Positions 38,962-49,576 of a DNA stretch of 64,000 bases are shown here, piece after piece. The DNA lies in contig BTVY01000038.1 of the NCBI GenBank assembly GCA_045863335.1, positions 1-64,000 on the forward strand. Reading direction: 5' to 3'. Under the pieces are notes generated by a model. The model did not search any database. It was not told where the DNA came from and was given only the letters and a program-made list of their open reading frames with translations. Position numbers and translations under genes: made by a program. The number at the start of each line of letters is the position of its first letter. Position 1 is the first letter of the stretch. This DNA is from Candidatus Hydrogenedentota bacterium (GTDB taxonomy: Bacteria > Hydrogenedentota > Hydrogenedentia > Hydrogenedentales > SLHB01).

Positions 38962-39579
38962 ATGCGCTGGAATCGTCGTTGGGTCTTCTGTGTAGTGACG
39001 GTGTTCTCGCTAGCTTTCGCCGGGTGTGGGCTCAAGAACGGCGGCATCGAGTTTGGACCGGTCTCCTTCTCCCTGCCCGTCGCGGCGGGTGTTTTCGATG
39101 CCTCGGTCTATCCCGAGGCTGAGTCGCTTCCCCTTGCTACCGGAGTCGTCGAGATGGACCTGTGCACCTTGCCGACCGAGGACGAATTGACCGAGGTGTT
39201 CCGGCAAGCCGGTGAGATTGACCTCAGCAGTTTCGTGGAACTGAGCCGCGTCGAACTTCGCCGGACGGTACTTCATGCCTCGTCCGGCGACTTCCGGGAC
39301 GTGAAGGCCATCCAGGTTTACTTCGTCCCTCGATACGGCAGCATCTTCAATACCGTGAATCTCGGCGGAGCGTTCTCCTTGACCGGTTTCGGAAACACTA
39401 TCGAGATCGAACCCGCGAAGGACGTCGACCTACTCGAACTCATCCGGGAGAACGACGCCATCCCCGGCGCGGATTGCCCCAAGCTGCGGGTCCGCGTCAC
39501 GGGTTCCGCGCCGGATGAGGCCATTGCCTGGGACGCCCAAATTGACGTAGACGCATACGCCCTGCTCGATGTATTCTAG
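38962..39579 (+). CDS. Hypothetical lipoprotein
   Basis: Lipobox FAGC after a hydrophobic signal. Confidence 0.7.
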   Translation: MRWNRRWVFCVVTVFSLAFAGCGLKNGGIEFGPVSFSLPVAAGVFDASVYPEAESLPLATGVVEMDLCTLPTEDELTEVFRQAGEIDLSSFVELSRVELRRTVLHASSGDFRDVKAIQVYFVPRYGSIFNTVNLGGAFSLTGFGNTIEIEPAKDVDLLELIRENDAIPGADCPKLRVRVTGSAPDEAIAWDAQIDVDAYALLDVF

Positions 39580-39700
39580 CGCTGGCCCTGGTTCCTGACG
39601 AGACGCAAGTAGCGCTGTTCGAATCTCGACTTGCCAGAAAGGCCGTTCCGTCCCTGCCGTATCGTGCGATTTCTGTGTCCTGGGTTACGAGGGTGTGGCT

Positions 39701-40342
39701 ATGCGTGCGTATACTCTGTGTCTGGTCTCCAACGGCATCCCATTGCGATCGCTGCTCGGGGCAGCAATCCTGATCTCGTCCTCCATTCTTTCCGGATGCG
39801 GCGGCGAGAACTCCAGCGCTAGTACGCCCGCGGGTGCTGGCGCTCCTGCGGAGCAAGCAACGTCGCCGTCCGCGGCGGCGCCCCAACGAGGCGCCGGGAG
39901 TCCGATTCGTGAAGGAGGGGCGTTGAAACTCAATACACCGGCAGGCCCGGTGGACGTGCCCGTGGCGGAGGCGCAATACGTGAACACCGACGAAGGGTAT
40001 TCAGACTATGTGGAGGTCTGGGGCAATGGACTGAGTCTCACGGCGCAAGTCGGCGGGAAGGTTGAGGAGAACGACGAGGAACAACTCCAGTACCAGAGCC
40101 TCGCAGGCAAGCCATTGCCGATTCAGCCCCTCGATCCGGAGAACGGTGAACCCATGACGATTGAGATTCCCGGCTCCGGCTCGTACACCATTCTGGGCGG
40201 TGCGCTGGTCGTGGAGAAGTTCGAGCACGGCCCGTCCACGGTCGATCGATGGCAAGGGCGTGTAGATCTCACGCTTCAGACCGTTCAGGGTCCGATTGCG
40301 GTCACGGGGACGTTTTCGTTCGGGATCGTACCGGTCTGGTAG
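39701..40342 (+). CDS. Hypothetical lipoprotein
   Basis: LSGC lipobox, Ala/Pro linker, beta-rich domain; start uncertain. Confidence 0.65.
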   Translation: MRAYTLCLVSNGIPLRSLLGAAILISSSILSGCGGENSSASTPAGAGAPAEQATSPSAAAPQRGAGSPIREGGALKLNTPAGPVDVPVAEAQYVNTDEGYSDYVEVWGNGLSLTAQVGGKVEENDEEQLQYQSLAGKPLPIQPLDPENGEPMTIEIPGSGSYTILGGALVVEKFEHGPSTVDRWQGRVDLTLQTVQGPIAVTGTFSFGIVPVW

Positions 40343-42746
40343 CCCTGCGCTTCTTCGAGGAGGAGGCGTCTCCGTCGCGAACCGCGTTGCCGATTCCCAG
40401 CGCAATTGCGAGCACTTCGCTCATGCGCGACACGAAGTGGATCGTTAACTTCTTCTTGGCGCTCTCGGGTACGTCGACGAGGTCATTCTTGCAGCGTTCC
40501 GGGAGGACGACTTCCTTAATGCCCGCGCGAGACGCGGCCAGTACTTTTTCCTTGATTCCACCGACCGGCAGGACCAGCCCGCGCAATGTGATCTCACCCG
40601 TCATCGCCAGGCCCGTCTTTACCGTCTTGCCCGTCAGAAGCGATGTGACTGCCGTGAGGATCGTTACACCCGCGCTCGGGCCATCCTTGGGCACCGCGCC
40701 CGCCGGCACGTGGATGTGGACGTCGAACTTCCCGAATTCATCGGGATCGATACCCAAGTCCTTTGCATTCGCGCGCACGTAACTCATAACCGCCTGCGCG
40801 GACTCCTTCATAACGTCGCCCAGTTGGCCTGTCAGCACCAGCCCGCCCTTGCCCGGCATACGCGTTGCCTCGATGAAGAGGATGTCGCCTCCCGTCGCCG
40901 TCCAGGCGAGCCCCGTCGCAACGCCGGGGATACGGGTGCGCTCCGCTACCTCGCGATACACCTTCTGATTGCCGAGATACTTCGGCACGTCATTGGCGTC
41001 GATTGTAATCGGCTTGCGCCGGCCTTCTGCGAACGTTCGCGCACAACCCCGGCAAACGTTGGCAATCTCCCGTTCGAGATTGCGGACTCCCGCTTCGCGC
41101 GTGTAGCCGTTGATAATCAGGCGCAACGCCGCGGCGGAGAATTTCAGGCGTTTCTTGTCCAATCCGTGGGCAGCGAGTTGTCGTGGCACGAGATACTTCC
41201 GCGCGATATGGAGCTTCTCTTCCAGGGTATATCCGGGAATCTCGATAATTTCCATGCGGTCGCGCAGGGCCCAGGGAATCGTGTCCAACATGTTTGCCGT
41301 AGCAATGAACATGACTTTCGACAGATCGAAGGGCACACTCAGATACAAATCCGAAAACGTGTCGTTTTGCGCCGGATCGAGTACTTCGAGTAGGGCCGAA
41401 GAGGGATCGCCTCGAAAGTCCGAACCCAGCTTGTCGATCTCATCCAGCATGAAGACCGGGTTGTTCGACTGCGCCTTGCGAACGTTTTGAATGATGCGGC
41501 CCGGCAAGGCGCCCACGTAGGTCTTGCGGTGCCCGCGAATCTCGGCCTCGTCCCGCATCCCGCCGAGCGACATGCGCACGAATTTGCGGCCGAGCGCGCG
41601 CGCGATCGATTGTCCCAAGGACGTCTTGCCGACTCCCGGCGGACCAACAAAACAGAGGATGGGTCCCGCGGCGTCTTTCTTGAGTTTGCGTACCGCGAGA
41701 TACTCCACGATACGCCGTTTCACCTTGTCGAGACCGTAGTGATCTTCGTTCAGGATGCCCTCGGCGCGTTGCGTGTCCAGATTATCCTCGGTGGACGAGT
41801 TCCACGGTAGCTCGACAATCCAATCCAGGTACGACGAGATCACGTGGTACTCCGCGCTGGCTTCATTCATCTGGCTCAGCCGGTTCAATTCGCGGAGCGC
41901 TTCCTTCTTAACCTCTTCCTTAAGGTCGAGTGCCTCGATTTTCTCGCGGTACTCCTCGACTTCCGGCTTTGCCAGGTCGGCCTCGCCCAGTTCATCCTGA
42001 ATCGCCTTCAATTGCTGGCGCAGAAAATACTCCCGCTGGCTCTTGTCGATGGAACTGCGCACGTCGTTGCGGATCTTGTCCGACAACTCCATCATCTCAA
42101 CTTCTTTGGCAAGGAGGAAGGTCAATCGCTCCAGCCGTTTCTTGCGGTCCGTTATCTCCAGGATCTTTTGCTTTTCCTCCACGGCAATGTTCAGATTGCC
42201 CGCCACGAGGTCGGCCAGGAACCCCGGATCGTCGATATTGTCGAGCACCTGGGACGCCGCGTCCGGAATATCCGGCGACAAGCTGATCAAACGGGACATC
42301 TGCATGCGGACCGCCGTAGCGAGCGGTACGAGTTTTTTCTCGTCTCCGGTGGAGTCCTTCAATAACTCGGCGTGAACGATGGTGTACGGCTCGCGCTGTT
42401 CCACCCCCGCGACGCGGAACCGCCGCAGGATCTGGATCACCACGTTCATCGAGCCGTCGGCGACGCGTTGCATTTGGAGAATGCGTCCCGCGCTTCCAAT
42501 TTCGTACGCGTTATCGATGGATTTGGAGTCGCTCTCACCGTTCCGCCGCGTTAACAGGCCGACGTACCGGGAGCCCATGATCGCGTCGTCGATCAGTTTC
42601 GTGTCGTTCTTGCCGTTGATTCGAAACGGTAAGACGGACATGGGAAACGCGACCTGCCCCGTAAGAATCAGGATCGGCAGGTTCCGGGGAATCTCCGCCC
42701 CGGGATCGGAAGGGAGCTCGATTGCAGTACTGGGCAAATCACTCAT
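40302..42746 (-). CDS. lon: ATP-dependent Lon protease
   Basis: GPPGVGKTS, LDEIDK and PKDGPSAG motifs; N-terminal LON domain. Confidence 0.96.
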   Translation of the reverse strand: MSDLPSTAIELPSDPGAEIPRNLPILILTGQVAFPMSVLPFRINGKNDTKLIDDAIMGSRYVGLLTRRNGESDSKSIDNAYEIGSAGRILQMQRVADGSMNVVIQILRRFRVAGVEQREPYTIVHAELLKDSTGDEKKLVPLATAVRMQMSRLISLSPDIPDAASQVLDNIDDPGFLADLVAGNLNIAVEEKQKILEITDRKKRLERLTFLLAKEVEMMELSDKIRNDVRSSIDKSQREYFLRQQLKAIQDELGEADLAKPEVEEYREKIEALDLKEEVKKEALRELNRLSQMNEASAEYHVISSYLDWIVELPWNSSTEDNLDTQRAEGILNEDHYGLDKVKRRIVEYLAVRKLKKDAAGPILCFVGPPGVGKTSLGQSIARALGRKFVRMSLGGMRDEAEIRGHRKTYVGALPGRIIQNVRKAQSNNPVFMLDEIDKLGSDFRGDPSSALLEVLDPAQNDTFSDLYLSVPFDLSKVMFIATANMLDTIPWALRDRMEIIEIPGYTLEEKLHIARKYLVPRQLAAHGLDKKRLKFSAAALRLIINGYTREAGVRNLEREIANVCRGCARTFAEGRRKPITIDANDVPKYLGNQKVYREVAERTRIPGVATGLAWTATGGDILFIEATRMPGKGGLVLTGQLGDVMKESAQAVMSYVRANAKDLGIDPDEFGKFDVHIHVPAGAVPKDGPSAGVTILTAVTSLLTGKTVKTGLAMTGEITLRGLVLPVGGIKEKVLAASRAGIKEVVLPERCKNDLVDVPESAKKKLTIHFVSRMSEVLAIALGIGNAVRDGDASSSKKRRATRPVRSRTKTSP

Positions 42747-43131
42747 GATGAGACTTCCTGAAAACCTGTATCGTTAGGTAGCCGTCGGCGAAGTCGGCCT
42801 CGATGCGTTCCGTCGCTGCGCATTCCGGTAACCGGACGTATCGGGCAAATTGTCCGTATGGGATCTCCATAAGATGCACATGCTGCGTATTCTCCGGCAG
42901 GCGCTTATTGCGGGTGCCTTCGATGCGCAGAACGCCGTCGTTGACGGACACGCGGATGTCCGACTTGTGCACCCCGGGCAATTCGACCACGATAACAACG
43001 CTGTCTTCCCGTTCGAAGATGTCCAACAACGGCTGCCACGTGGACGACCCGATCTGGTCGAGGCGCGCTGCGCCCTCCAGATCGCGCATCATGCCTTGCA
43101 TGCGGTTCAGCATGTCGTTCAAGTCACGCAT
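42739..43131 (-). CDS. Hsp20/alpha-crystallin small heat shock protein
   Basis: DIFE…VELPGV…GQFAR…DGYLTI; overlaps lon start by 8 bp. Confidence 0.9.
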   Translation of the reverse strand: MRDLNDMLNRMQGMMRDLEGAARLDQIGSSTWQPLLDIFEREDSVVIVVELPGVHKSDIRVSVNDGVLRIEGTRNKRLPENTQHVHLMEIPYGQFARYVRLPECAATERIEADFADGYLTIQVFRKSHHE

Positions 43132-43237
43132 GGTTCATATTCTCGGGCCAGAAGAGTATTCCCCATTAGCATACGAGCGGGGAGGGGGTGTCTACAAGAG
43201 GAACACGCGGAGCGACTTGGTCATTCCAAAGCGACTC

Positions 43238-43366
43238 AGCGTGTTTCAAAAGCAGATTGTTGGGGTCAACCAGTGGTCTACCGCGCTTCGGAGCGGGCTG
43301 GAAGCCCGCACCACAAACCTCCCCGAACCGTGTTTTGTTTGTCCTGGACCACTTTTGAAACACGCT
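43238..43366. mobile_element. MITE-like element with 15-bp terminal inverted repeats enclosing a REP-like hairpin
   Basis: agcgtgtttcaaaag (43238-43252) / cttttgaaacacgct (43352-43366); internal gcgggctggaagcccgcaccac. Confidence 0.6.
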
Positions 43367-43367
43367 C

Positions 43368-44072
43368 TTAGAGGACGAGAATCGCAAGATTTCTCATGCC
43401 GTTGTCATGGGCGCGATGCGAATGAAATCGCCCGTCGGTTATGGTGCAGATACCGCTGACGGAGATGTGCGAACGAGGCACACCGGCTTGGGAGAGGCAT
43501 AGGGCGTTCGATTCCCACAAATCGACCATCCGTCCGCGAACGACGAGGCCGGCCGCAGCGAAGTCTTGCGCGATCTCCTCGGATACTTCGTAGGCGCCCG
43601 GCCCTGCGGAGGGGCCGATCAACGCATGAATATTCTCTGGGGCGGCACCATATGCTTCCTGAAGCTCAGCGACCGCCGCACCCGCGATGTTATTGAAGGT
43701 CCCGACCCGCCCGGCATGCACGATGCCGCCGGACCGCGTCACCGGATCGAAGATCCACAGGGGAACGCAGTCGGCAATCGTTACACCGATCGGAAGCCCC
43801 GGCACATCCGTGATGATCGCGTCAGTCTCGGGAAATGGTTCCAGGCTCGGATCCGCGCTGCGACCGCTGTCTTTCGCCGAAGCACGGGCAACCGATACGC
43901 CATGCACCTGGGCCGCGCGTACCAGCCGGTCGGGGTGGAGGCCCAGGGATATGCAGAACGCGGCGCAACTGTTGCCGTCCGGCAAGTCGCTCCGCCGGCA
44001 GTCCCCGTCGCTTCGGTCGGACATGGCCGCGACCGACACGCCAAGCCGTTCGAAGTCGGTGAACCGCATCAT
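43368..44072 (-). CDS. pgeF: YfiH/PgeF family purine nucleoside phosphorylase (laccase-domain protein)
   Basis: QVHG, ADCVP, HAGR, IGPS, ICT and SHR motifs. Confidence 0.88.
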   Translation of the reverse strand: MMRFTDFERLGVSVAAMSDRSDGDCRRSDLPDGNSCAAFCISLGLHPDRLVRAAQVHGVSVARASAKDSGRSADPSLEPFPETDAIITDVPGLPIGVTIADCVPLWIFDPVTRSGGIVHAGRVGTFNNIAGAAVAELQEAYGAAPENIHALIGPSAGPGAYEVSEEIAQDFAAAGLVVRGRMVDLWESNALCLSQAGVPRSHISVSGICTITDGRFHSHRAHDNGMRNLAILVL

Positions 44073-45463
44073 ATGATGTACTTGCTCAGGTCCCGGTTTT
44101 CCACGATCTGCTTCAGGCGTTCTTCCACTTCGACTGCGCTGAGTTCGACGCGTCCGTCCTCGGTCTCCGGCGCATCGAAGGACAAGTCCTCGAGCAGATA
44201 CTCCATCACCGTGTGCAACCGACGCGCGCCGATGTTCTCGGTCTCCAGGTTCGCCTGTTCCGCGATGCGCGCAATCGCGTCAATCGCGTCGTCGGTAAAT
44301 ACCAGCGTGATGCCTTCCGTGGCCAGCATGGCCTCGTACTGTTTGACCAGCGAGTTTTTGGGCTCCCGCAGGATGCGCACAAAATCCGACGCGAGCAGGC
44401 TATCCAGTTCGACGCGGATTGGAAAGCGCCCTTGAAGTTCCGGGATGAGATCGGAAACTTTGGTCATGTGGAAAGCGCCCGCAGCAATGAACAGAATGTG
44501 ATCGGTCTTGACCGGGCCGTACTTGGTCGTGACCGTGCTACCCTCGACGATCGGCAAAATGTCCCGTTGTACGCCTTCGCGCGAGACATCAGGGCCATGA
44601 CCGCCGGAACCGCGCCCTGCGATCTTGTCGATCTCATCGAGAAAAACGATGCCCGAGTTCTCCGTGCGTTCGACGGCCCGCCGGACGACGACATCCATAT
44701 CGATCAGGTTGTCGAGTTCTTCCGCTTCAACGAGTTTGCGGGCCTCTGCGACGGTTGTCTTGCGACGCTTCGTGCGCTGGGGCATGAGCCGTCCGAACAT
44801 CTCCTGGATGTTCACGCCCATTTCCTCGAGCCCCGAGTTCGAGAAGACCTGCATCATCGAAGTCTTGCCGGCTTCGCGCACGTCCACCTCGATCTCGCGG
44901 TCGTCGAGTTCGCCCGCCACAAGTTTCTTGCGCAGAATTTCGCGCGTGCGCGCTTCGCTCTGGTCCTCGGGCGAAGGTGCGGGGCGTTCGTCGCCGGCAG
45001 ACGGGTCGGTTGGCCGGTAGATGCGTTCTGGGCCGCGGGGCGGGGACTGCGGAGGCAGGAGCAGGTCGAGCAACCGGTTCTCCGCGGCTTGCTTGGCGGT
45101 GCCTTCCAGCTCCTTCTCCATTTCGGCGCGCACCATGCCCACGGCGACTTCCGTCAATTCGCGAACCATGGATTCGCAATCCCGGCCCACGTATCCAACT
45201 TCGGTGAACTTGGAGGCCTCCACTTTCACAAACGGAGCATCCGCCAACTTGGCCAAGCGACGGGCGATCTCCGTCTTGCCGACGCCGGTCGGGCCAATCA
45301 TGATGATGTTTTTCGGCATGACCTCGTCGCGCATGCCGTCCGACAACTGCTGTCGGCGCCAGCGATTCCGCAAGGCCACGGCCACCTTACGCTTTGCGCT
45401 GTGCTGGCCGATGATGTATTTGTCGAGTTCGTCAACGATTTGTCGTGGGGTTAACACGCTCAT
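44069..45463 (-). CDS. hslU: ATP-dependent protease ATPase subunit HslU
   Basis: [45 protein letters not shown] and DLSKYII C-terminus. Confidence 0.96.
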   Translation of the reverse strand: MSVLTPRQIVDELDKYIIGQHSAKRKVAVALRNRWRRQQLSDGMRDEVMPKNIIMIGPTGVGKTEIARRLAKLADAPFVKVEASKFTEVGYVGRDCESMVRELTEVAVGMVRAEMEKELEGTAKQAAENRLLDLLLPPQSPPRGPERIYRPTDPSAGDERPAPSPEDQSEARTREILRKKLVAGELDDREIEVDVREAGKTSMMQVFSNSGLEEMGVNIQEMFGRLMPQRTKRRKTTVAEARKLVEAEELDNLIDMDVVVRRAVERTENSGIVFLDEIDKIAGRGSGGHGPDVSREGVQRDILPIVEGSTVTTKYGPVKTDHILFIAAGAFHMTKVSDLIPELQGRFPIRVELDSLLASDFVRILREPKNSLVKQYEAMLATEGITLVFTDDAIDAIARIAEQANLETENIGARRLHTVMEYLLEDLSFDAPETEDGRVELSAVEVEERLKQIVENRDLSKYII

Positions 45464-45510
45464 GGATGCAGTACTCCTGCGCGGTTAGACATCGACGGAG
45501 GCACGCGAAA

Positions 45511-45954
45511 TCAGCCCATCTTGTTGATGCGGCGGATGTGGCGCTCCCCTTCACTGAATGGCGTGTCCAGCCAGATATCGATGAGTTGAAGGCACGTTTC
45601 GAGAGAGAGGATTCGCGTGCCGAGCGCGATCACGTTGGCATTGTTGTGGGTTCTGCTCAATCGCGCCATTTCGGGCGTCGCGCAGGGCGCAGCACGGATC
45701 CCTTTATACCGGTTCGCCGCCATGCCAATACCGATTCCCGTGCCGCAAATGAGCACGCCGCGTTCCGCTTCTCCGGTTTGGATCGCCTCGCACGTGCGCT
45801 TCGCGTAGTCCGGGTAGTCCACGGAATCCGGGCCATCGGTGCCACAGTCCACCACCTCGTAACCGCGGCTCTTCAGATGCTCGATGATGGCGGGTTTGTA
45901 GTGCGGGGACGGTCCTTCAAAACCGGCGTGGTCGCTGCCGACTGCAATCTTCAT
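45511..45954 (-). CDS. rpiB: Ribose 5-phosphate isomerase B
   Basis: GSDHAG, DYPD, CGTGIG, HNNAN and RHIRRI motifs. Confidence 0.94.
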   Translation of the reverse strand: MKIAVGSDHAGFEGPSPHYKPAIIEHLKSRGYEVVDCGTDGPDSVDYPDYAKRTCEAIQTGEAERGVLICGTGIGIGMAANRYKGIRAAPCATPEMARLSRTHNNANVIALGTRILSLETCLQLIDIWLDTPFSEGERHIRRINKMG

Positions 45955-46023
45955 ATCACGTACCTGTTGGTTGGAAATCCAAAACCCATATTGTAGGGAC
46001 TCACACAGCCTCGAACAAGGTCT

Positions 46024-46626
46024 TTACGCCTTGATCAATCTCGTCAACATCTCCCGTGTGACGGCGCCTTCCCGGAGCAGCACGTCCGTATCCGGATCGT
46101 AGACGGTCGATGGAAGCGCATGAGGCAGCACCCCTCCATCGATGGCGACTGCGATTCCCGCAATCGTCAAGTCGGCGAGCGAACGCGCCGGCGGTTCGCC
46201 ACTGGCATTGGCGGAGGTCGAAACGATCGCATGACCGGCCTCACGGCAGATCGCGCGCGCCGTTTCATCTCCAGGAATTCGCACGCATACCTTGGGGCGT
46301 CCGGAGGTCACGATGTCCGGTACGTTCGCGCCCTTCGGCAGGAGCAGCGAGAGCGGTCCTGGCCAGAACGCCTCCGCATACCGCAGGGCCTTGGCACTCA
46401 GCGACTCCACGACACTTTCCACTTGCGCCATGTCCGAAGCAACGAGCAGGAGCGGCAATTCCACGGGACGGCCCTTGCACGCGTACACGCGGGCTATGGC
46501 CTCTGCGTTGAAGGGGTCCGCGCCCAATCCGTATACGGTTTCCGTGGGATACAGGATAACGTCGCCGTTTCGAATCGCTTCGGCGGCCGCCGCGACGCCT
46601 TCCGCATCGGCCGCGAAGATCTTCAC
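46024..46626 (-). CDS. tsaC: L-threonylcarbamoyladenylate synthase (TsaC/YrdC)
   Basis: PTETVYGL, KGR, WPGPL and STSAN motifs; short form without SUA5 domain. Confidence 0.92.
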   Translation of the reverse strand: MKIFAADAEGVAAAAEAIRNGDVILYPTETVYGLGADPFNAEAIARVYACKGRPVELPLLLVASDMAQVESVVESLSAKALRYAEAFWPGPLSLLLPKGANVPDIVTSGRPKVCVRIPGDETARAICREAGHAIVSTSANASGEPPARSLADLTIAGIAVAIDGGVLPHALPSTVYDPDTDVLLREGAVTREMLTRLIKA

Positions 46627-47219
46627 AGCGCGGACTCCAGCATGGTCCGAATCTGACTGAACGCGCGAAACCGGTGACTGATGCCCGCCTTGATCGACGG
46701 GTCCAGTTCGCCAAAGGTCTTGTCATGCCCCTCGGGAATGAACATGGGGTCGTACCCGAAACCATTGTTCCCCCGAAGTCCGGAAGCGATGCGGCCTTCG
46801 ACGGCACCTTCGACGGTATGAACTTGACCATTCATTCCAGCAAGCGCCGCGATGCAGATGTAACGTCCCGTTCGCTTCTCTTCAGGCACACCTTGAAGCA
46901 TCGCGAGCACTTTCGCGTTGTTGTCGTCGTCCGTACAACCTTCGCCCGCGTACCGCGCCGAGCAGACGCCCGGTTCACCGTTGAGCGCATCGATAACAAT
47001 GCCGGAGTCGTCTGCGACGCAGGGGGACCCCAATCGTTCGGCATAGTATCGCGCCTTGAGGACCGCGTTCTCCTCGAATGTGACGCCCGTTTCTTCAGGC
47101 GGTTCCACGGGGGGGAAATCAGCAAGACTTGCCAGCTGGACCGGTACGCCTCGCAAAAAGCCGGCGATTTCGGCGTACTTGTGCTTGTTCCCCGTGGCAA
47201 TGACGAGAACGCTACTCAT
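46623..47219 (-). CDS. rdgB: Non-canonical purine NTP pyrophosphatase
   Basis: ATGNKHK, ENAVLKA, DDSG, GFGYDP and SHR motifs. Confidence 0.94.
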   Translation of the reverse strand: MSSVLVIATGNKHKYAEIAGFLRGVPVQLASLADFPPVEPPEETGVTFEENAVLKARYYAERLGSPCVADDSGIVIDALNGEPGVCSARYAGEGCTDDDNNAKVLAMLQGVPEEKRTGRYICIAALAGMNGQVHTVEGAVEGRIASGLRGNNGFGYDPMFIPEGHDKTFGELDPSIKAGISHRFRAFSQIRTMLESAL

Positions 47220-47922
47220 TGCCGAGCGCTTTCTGTTGAAGCGCAAAAAGCTCGCGGACGCCTTTCTCGGCCAAATCGAACATCGTGTTCATCATGTCGC
47301 GGGAGAACGCCTCGCCTTCGGCTGAACCCTGCACTTCGATGAAGCGTCCGTCCTCGCGCATGACGAGGTTCATGTCTACGTCCGCCACCGAGTCTTCGTC
47401 ATAGCACAGGTCGAGCAGCGGTTCGCCGTTCACGATACCGACGCTGACCGCGGCACATTGGCCCGCAATCGGAGACAGTTGGAGGATTCCCTCGCGAATC
47501 AACTTGGCGCAGGCGTCATGCAGCGCCACGTAGGCGCCTGTAATCGCCGCGGTTCGCGTGCCTCCATCCGCCTGGATGACGTCGCAGTCGAGCGTAATCT
47601 GCCGTTCGCCCAACGCTGCGAGGTCCGTAACGCACCGCAGGGATCGCCCGATTAACCGGCTGATCTCGAGCGCCCGGCCCTTCTTCACCGCGTCGCGTTG
47701 AATGCGGCCGTGGGCGGAGCGGGGGAGCATGCCGTACTCGGCAGTCACCCAACCGGAACCCGTGTCACGCAGAAACGGCGGCACCTTATCTTCGAGGGAG
47801 GCGGTGCACAAGACACGGGTGTGGCCGAACGCGATCAGCACCGATCCTTCGGCATAGCGCGTATAGTTGCGCTCGATGGTGACCGGGCGCAGGTTGTCAA
47901 ATGCACGATTGTCTGGCCGCAT
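47212..47922 (-). CDS. rph: Ribonuclease PH
   Basis: [31 protein letters not shown] and EVQG motifs. Confidence 0.95.
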   Translation of the reverse strand: MRPDNRAFDNLRPVTIERNYTRYAEGSVLIAFGHTRVLCTASLEDKVPPFLRDTGSGWVTAEYGMLPRSAHGRIQRDAVKKGRALEISRLIGRSLRCVTDLAALGERQITLDCDVIQADGGTRTAAITGAYVALHDACAKLIREGILQLSPIAGQCAAVSVGIVNGEPLLDLCYDEDSVADVDMNLVMREDGRFIEVQGSAEGEAFSRDMMNTMFDLAEKGVRELFALQQKALGNE

Positions 47923-47924
47923 TA

Positions 47925-49358
47925 CTACTGGGCGGCCTCCAACTCAACTACCGGAGGGCTTACGGCTTCGTCCTTGGCGTCCGCCGCGGCGACTTGCGTC
48001 TCTGCCGTGTCCTTATGGTAGCGCTTCAATAGATTTTCCCAAACCGCGTCTTCCTGGAGAATCTCAACCGCCCGCTTAAGCTGCACATCCTCGACGGTGG
48101 TCTCGTCCACGGAATCGCCGGTGACGCTACCGTGGTTCTGCTGATTCTGCATCGCAGGATCGGTTTCCCAGGATTCGCGCATTTGCAGGAACAAATCGCG
48201 CCACTGCTCCATCGGAAGCGGCGCTTCCACGTCCGGCAGGATGCCATGTTTGTTGATGGTTACATCGGCCGGCGTGTAATACAACGCGGTGGTCAATCGC
48301 AGCGCGCTATCTTTCGGGCGGCGCAGCGGAATGATGGTCTGGACGCTGCCTTTTCCAAAGGTCTTCATCCCTACGACCAGCGCCCGCTCATAGAACTGAA
48401 GCGCCCCCGTAACGATCTCCGAAGAACTGGCGGTCTGCTCGTTCACGAGCAACACCATGGGAAAGTTCTCCGGGAGAATCGGATCGCGCTCCGTATACAG
48501 CGTGATCTCTTCGCTCACCGTGCCGTCCGACTGATGCCGCCCCTTCGTGTAGGTGACTTTGGTTCCTTTCGGCAAGAACAACTCGGCCACGTCCTTCGAA
48601 GCGCTCAGCAGCCCGCCGGGATTCCAGCGAAGATCCAGGATCAGCGAGCGCATACCCTCTTCTTCCAGCTCTTTGAGGCGGCTCGAAATCTCTTGAGCGG
48701 TCGTCTTCTTGAAATCGCTGATCCGCACATATCCGACTCCGCCATCGAGCACCCGTGATTCCATGACGCTTTCCAGGGGGATTCGGCCTCGCGTGACGTC
48801 GATCTCCAGCAATTCGGGGTTGGCTTCCTCGTTCTCGTGTTGACGAAATACGGTCAGATGTACGACCGTTCCACGCGCCCCGCGAATCAGATCCTTCGCT
48901 TCGTCCAGGCTCATGCCTTCCGTCGAAATCCCATCGATTTTGACGATGATGTCGTTGCCCATAAGCCCGGCCTTCGCGGCGGGCGACGCCGGTAGCGGAT
49001 GGAAGATGATGATGTTCTTGTCGTCATCCAATTTGATCTGGACGCCGATTCCGTCAAATTCGCCCTCGGTGTCCTCGGTGATCTCTTGATAAACCTGCGG
49101 CGGGACGTACGAACTGTGGTCGTCCAACGAGTTCATCATGCCGATAAGGGCCCCCTCGATGACCTTGTCGGCATCGGGGTTTTCCACGTAGTGCTTCATG
49201 ATTTCGTCGAGGACCACGGCGATCGGTTCGATCTTGGTCACAATCTCCGCACCGTTCTCCTGGGCAAAGATGCGCGCGACGAAGCCGTTCGTCAGGACAA
49301 GGGTCGTCGCGGATAGGAAGACAAACAGTCCCAGGAACTGAGAGCGATAGCTTTTCAT
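47925..49358 (-). CDS. ctpA: S41 family carboxy-terminal processing protease (PDZ)
   Basis: [22 protein letters not shown] and GKGSVQ motifs. Confidence 0.92.
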   Translation of the reverse strand: MKSYRSQFLGLFVFLSATTLVLTNGFVARIFAQENGAEIVTKIEPIAVVLDEIMKHYVENPDADKVIEGALIGMMNSLDDHSSYVPPQVYQEITEDTEGEFDGIGVQIKLDDDKNIIIFHPLPASPAAKAGLMGNDIIVKIDGISTEGMSLDEAKDLIRGARGTVVHLTVFRQHENEEANPELLEIDVTRGRIPLESVMESRVLDGGVGYVRISDFKKTTAQEISSRLKELEEEGMRSLILDLRWNPGGLLSASKDVAELFLPKGTKVTYTKGRHQSDGTVSEEITLYTERDPILPENFPMVLLVNEQTASSSEIVTGALQFYERALVVGMKTFGKGSVQTIIPLRRPKDSALRLTTALYYTPADVTINKHGILPDVEAPLPMEQWRDLFLQMRESWETDPAMQNQQNHGSVTGDSVDETTVEDVQLKRAVEILQEDAVWENLLKRYHKDTAETQVAAADAKDEAVSPPVVELEAAQ

Positions 49359-49534
49359 CTACATACCTCCGGACAGCCGCTCTTGCATGCCGATGCGCAG
49401 CGGACAGGCACTCCGCATCTATCATTGCGACAATATAGCAGAAGATACGGGGGATTGCGAACCGGGATTCGCGCGTGTTCCACAATGGATTGTGCATCGA
49501 ATTCGCGCGACAAGAAGCGCCCGGACGGGGTATT

Positions 49535-49568
49535 CCCCCGGGGAACCGGCTTCACGGTTCCCCGGGGG
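49535..49568 (-). terminator. Perfect 14-bp GC-rich hairpin just after the DUF1559 gene (terminator or mRNA 3' stabiliser)
   Basis: cccccggggaaccg-gcttca-cggttccccggggg; no clear U-tract. Confidence 0.5.
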
Positions 49569-49576
49569 CCGGTAGT

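Noticed and set aside
43132-43237. CIRCE/HrcA operator upstream of hsp20-lon
   Set aside because: No TTAGCACTC-N9-GAGTGCTAA inverted repeat; only a partial ttagca half-site.
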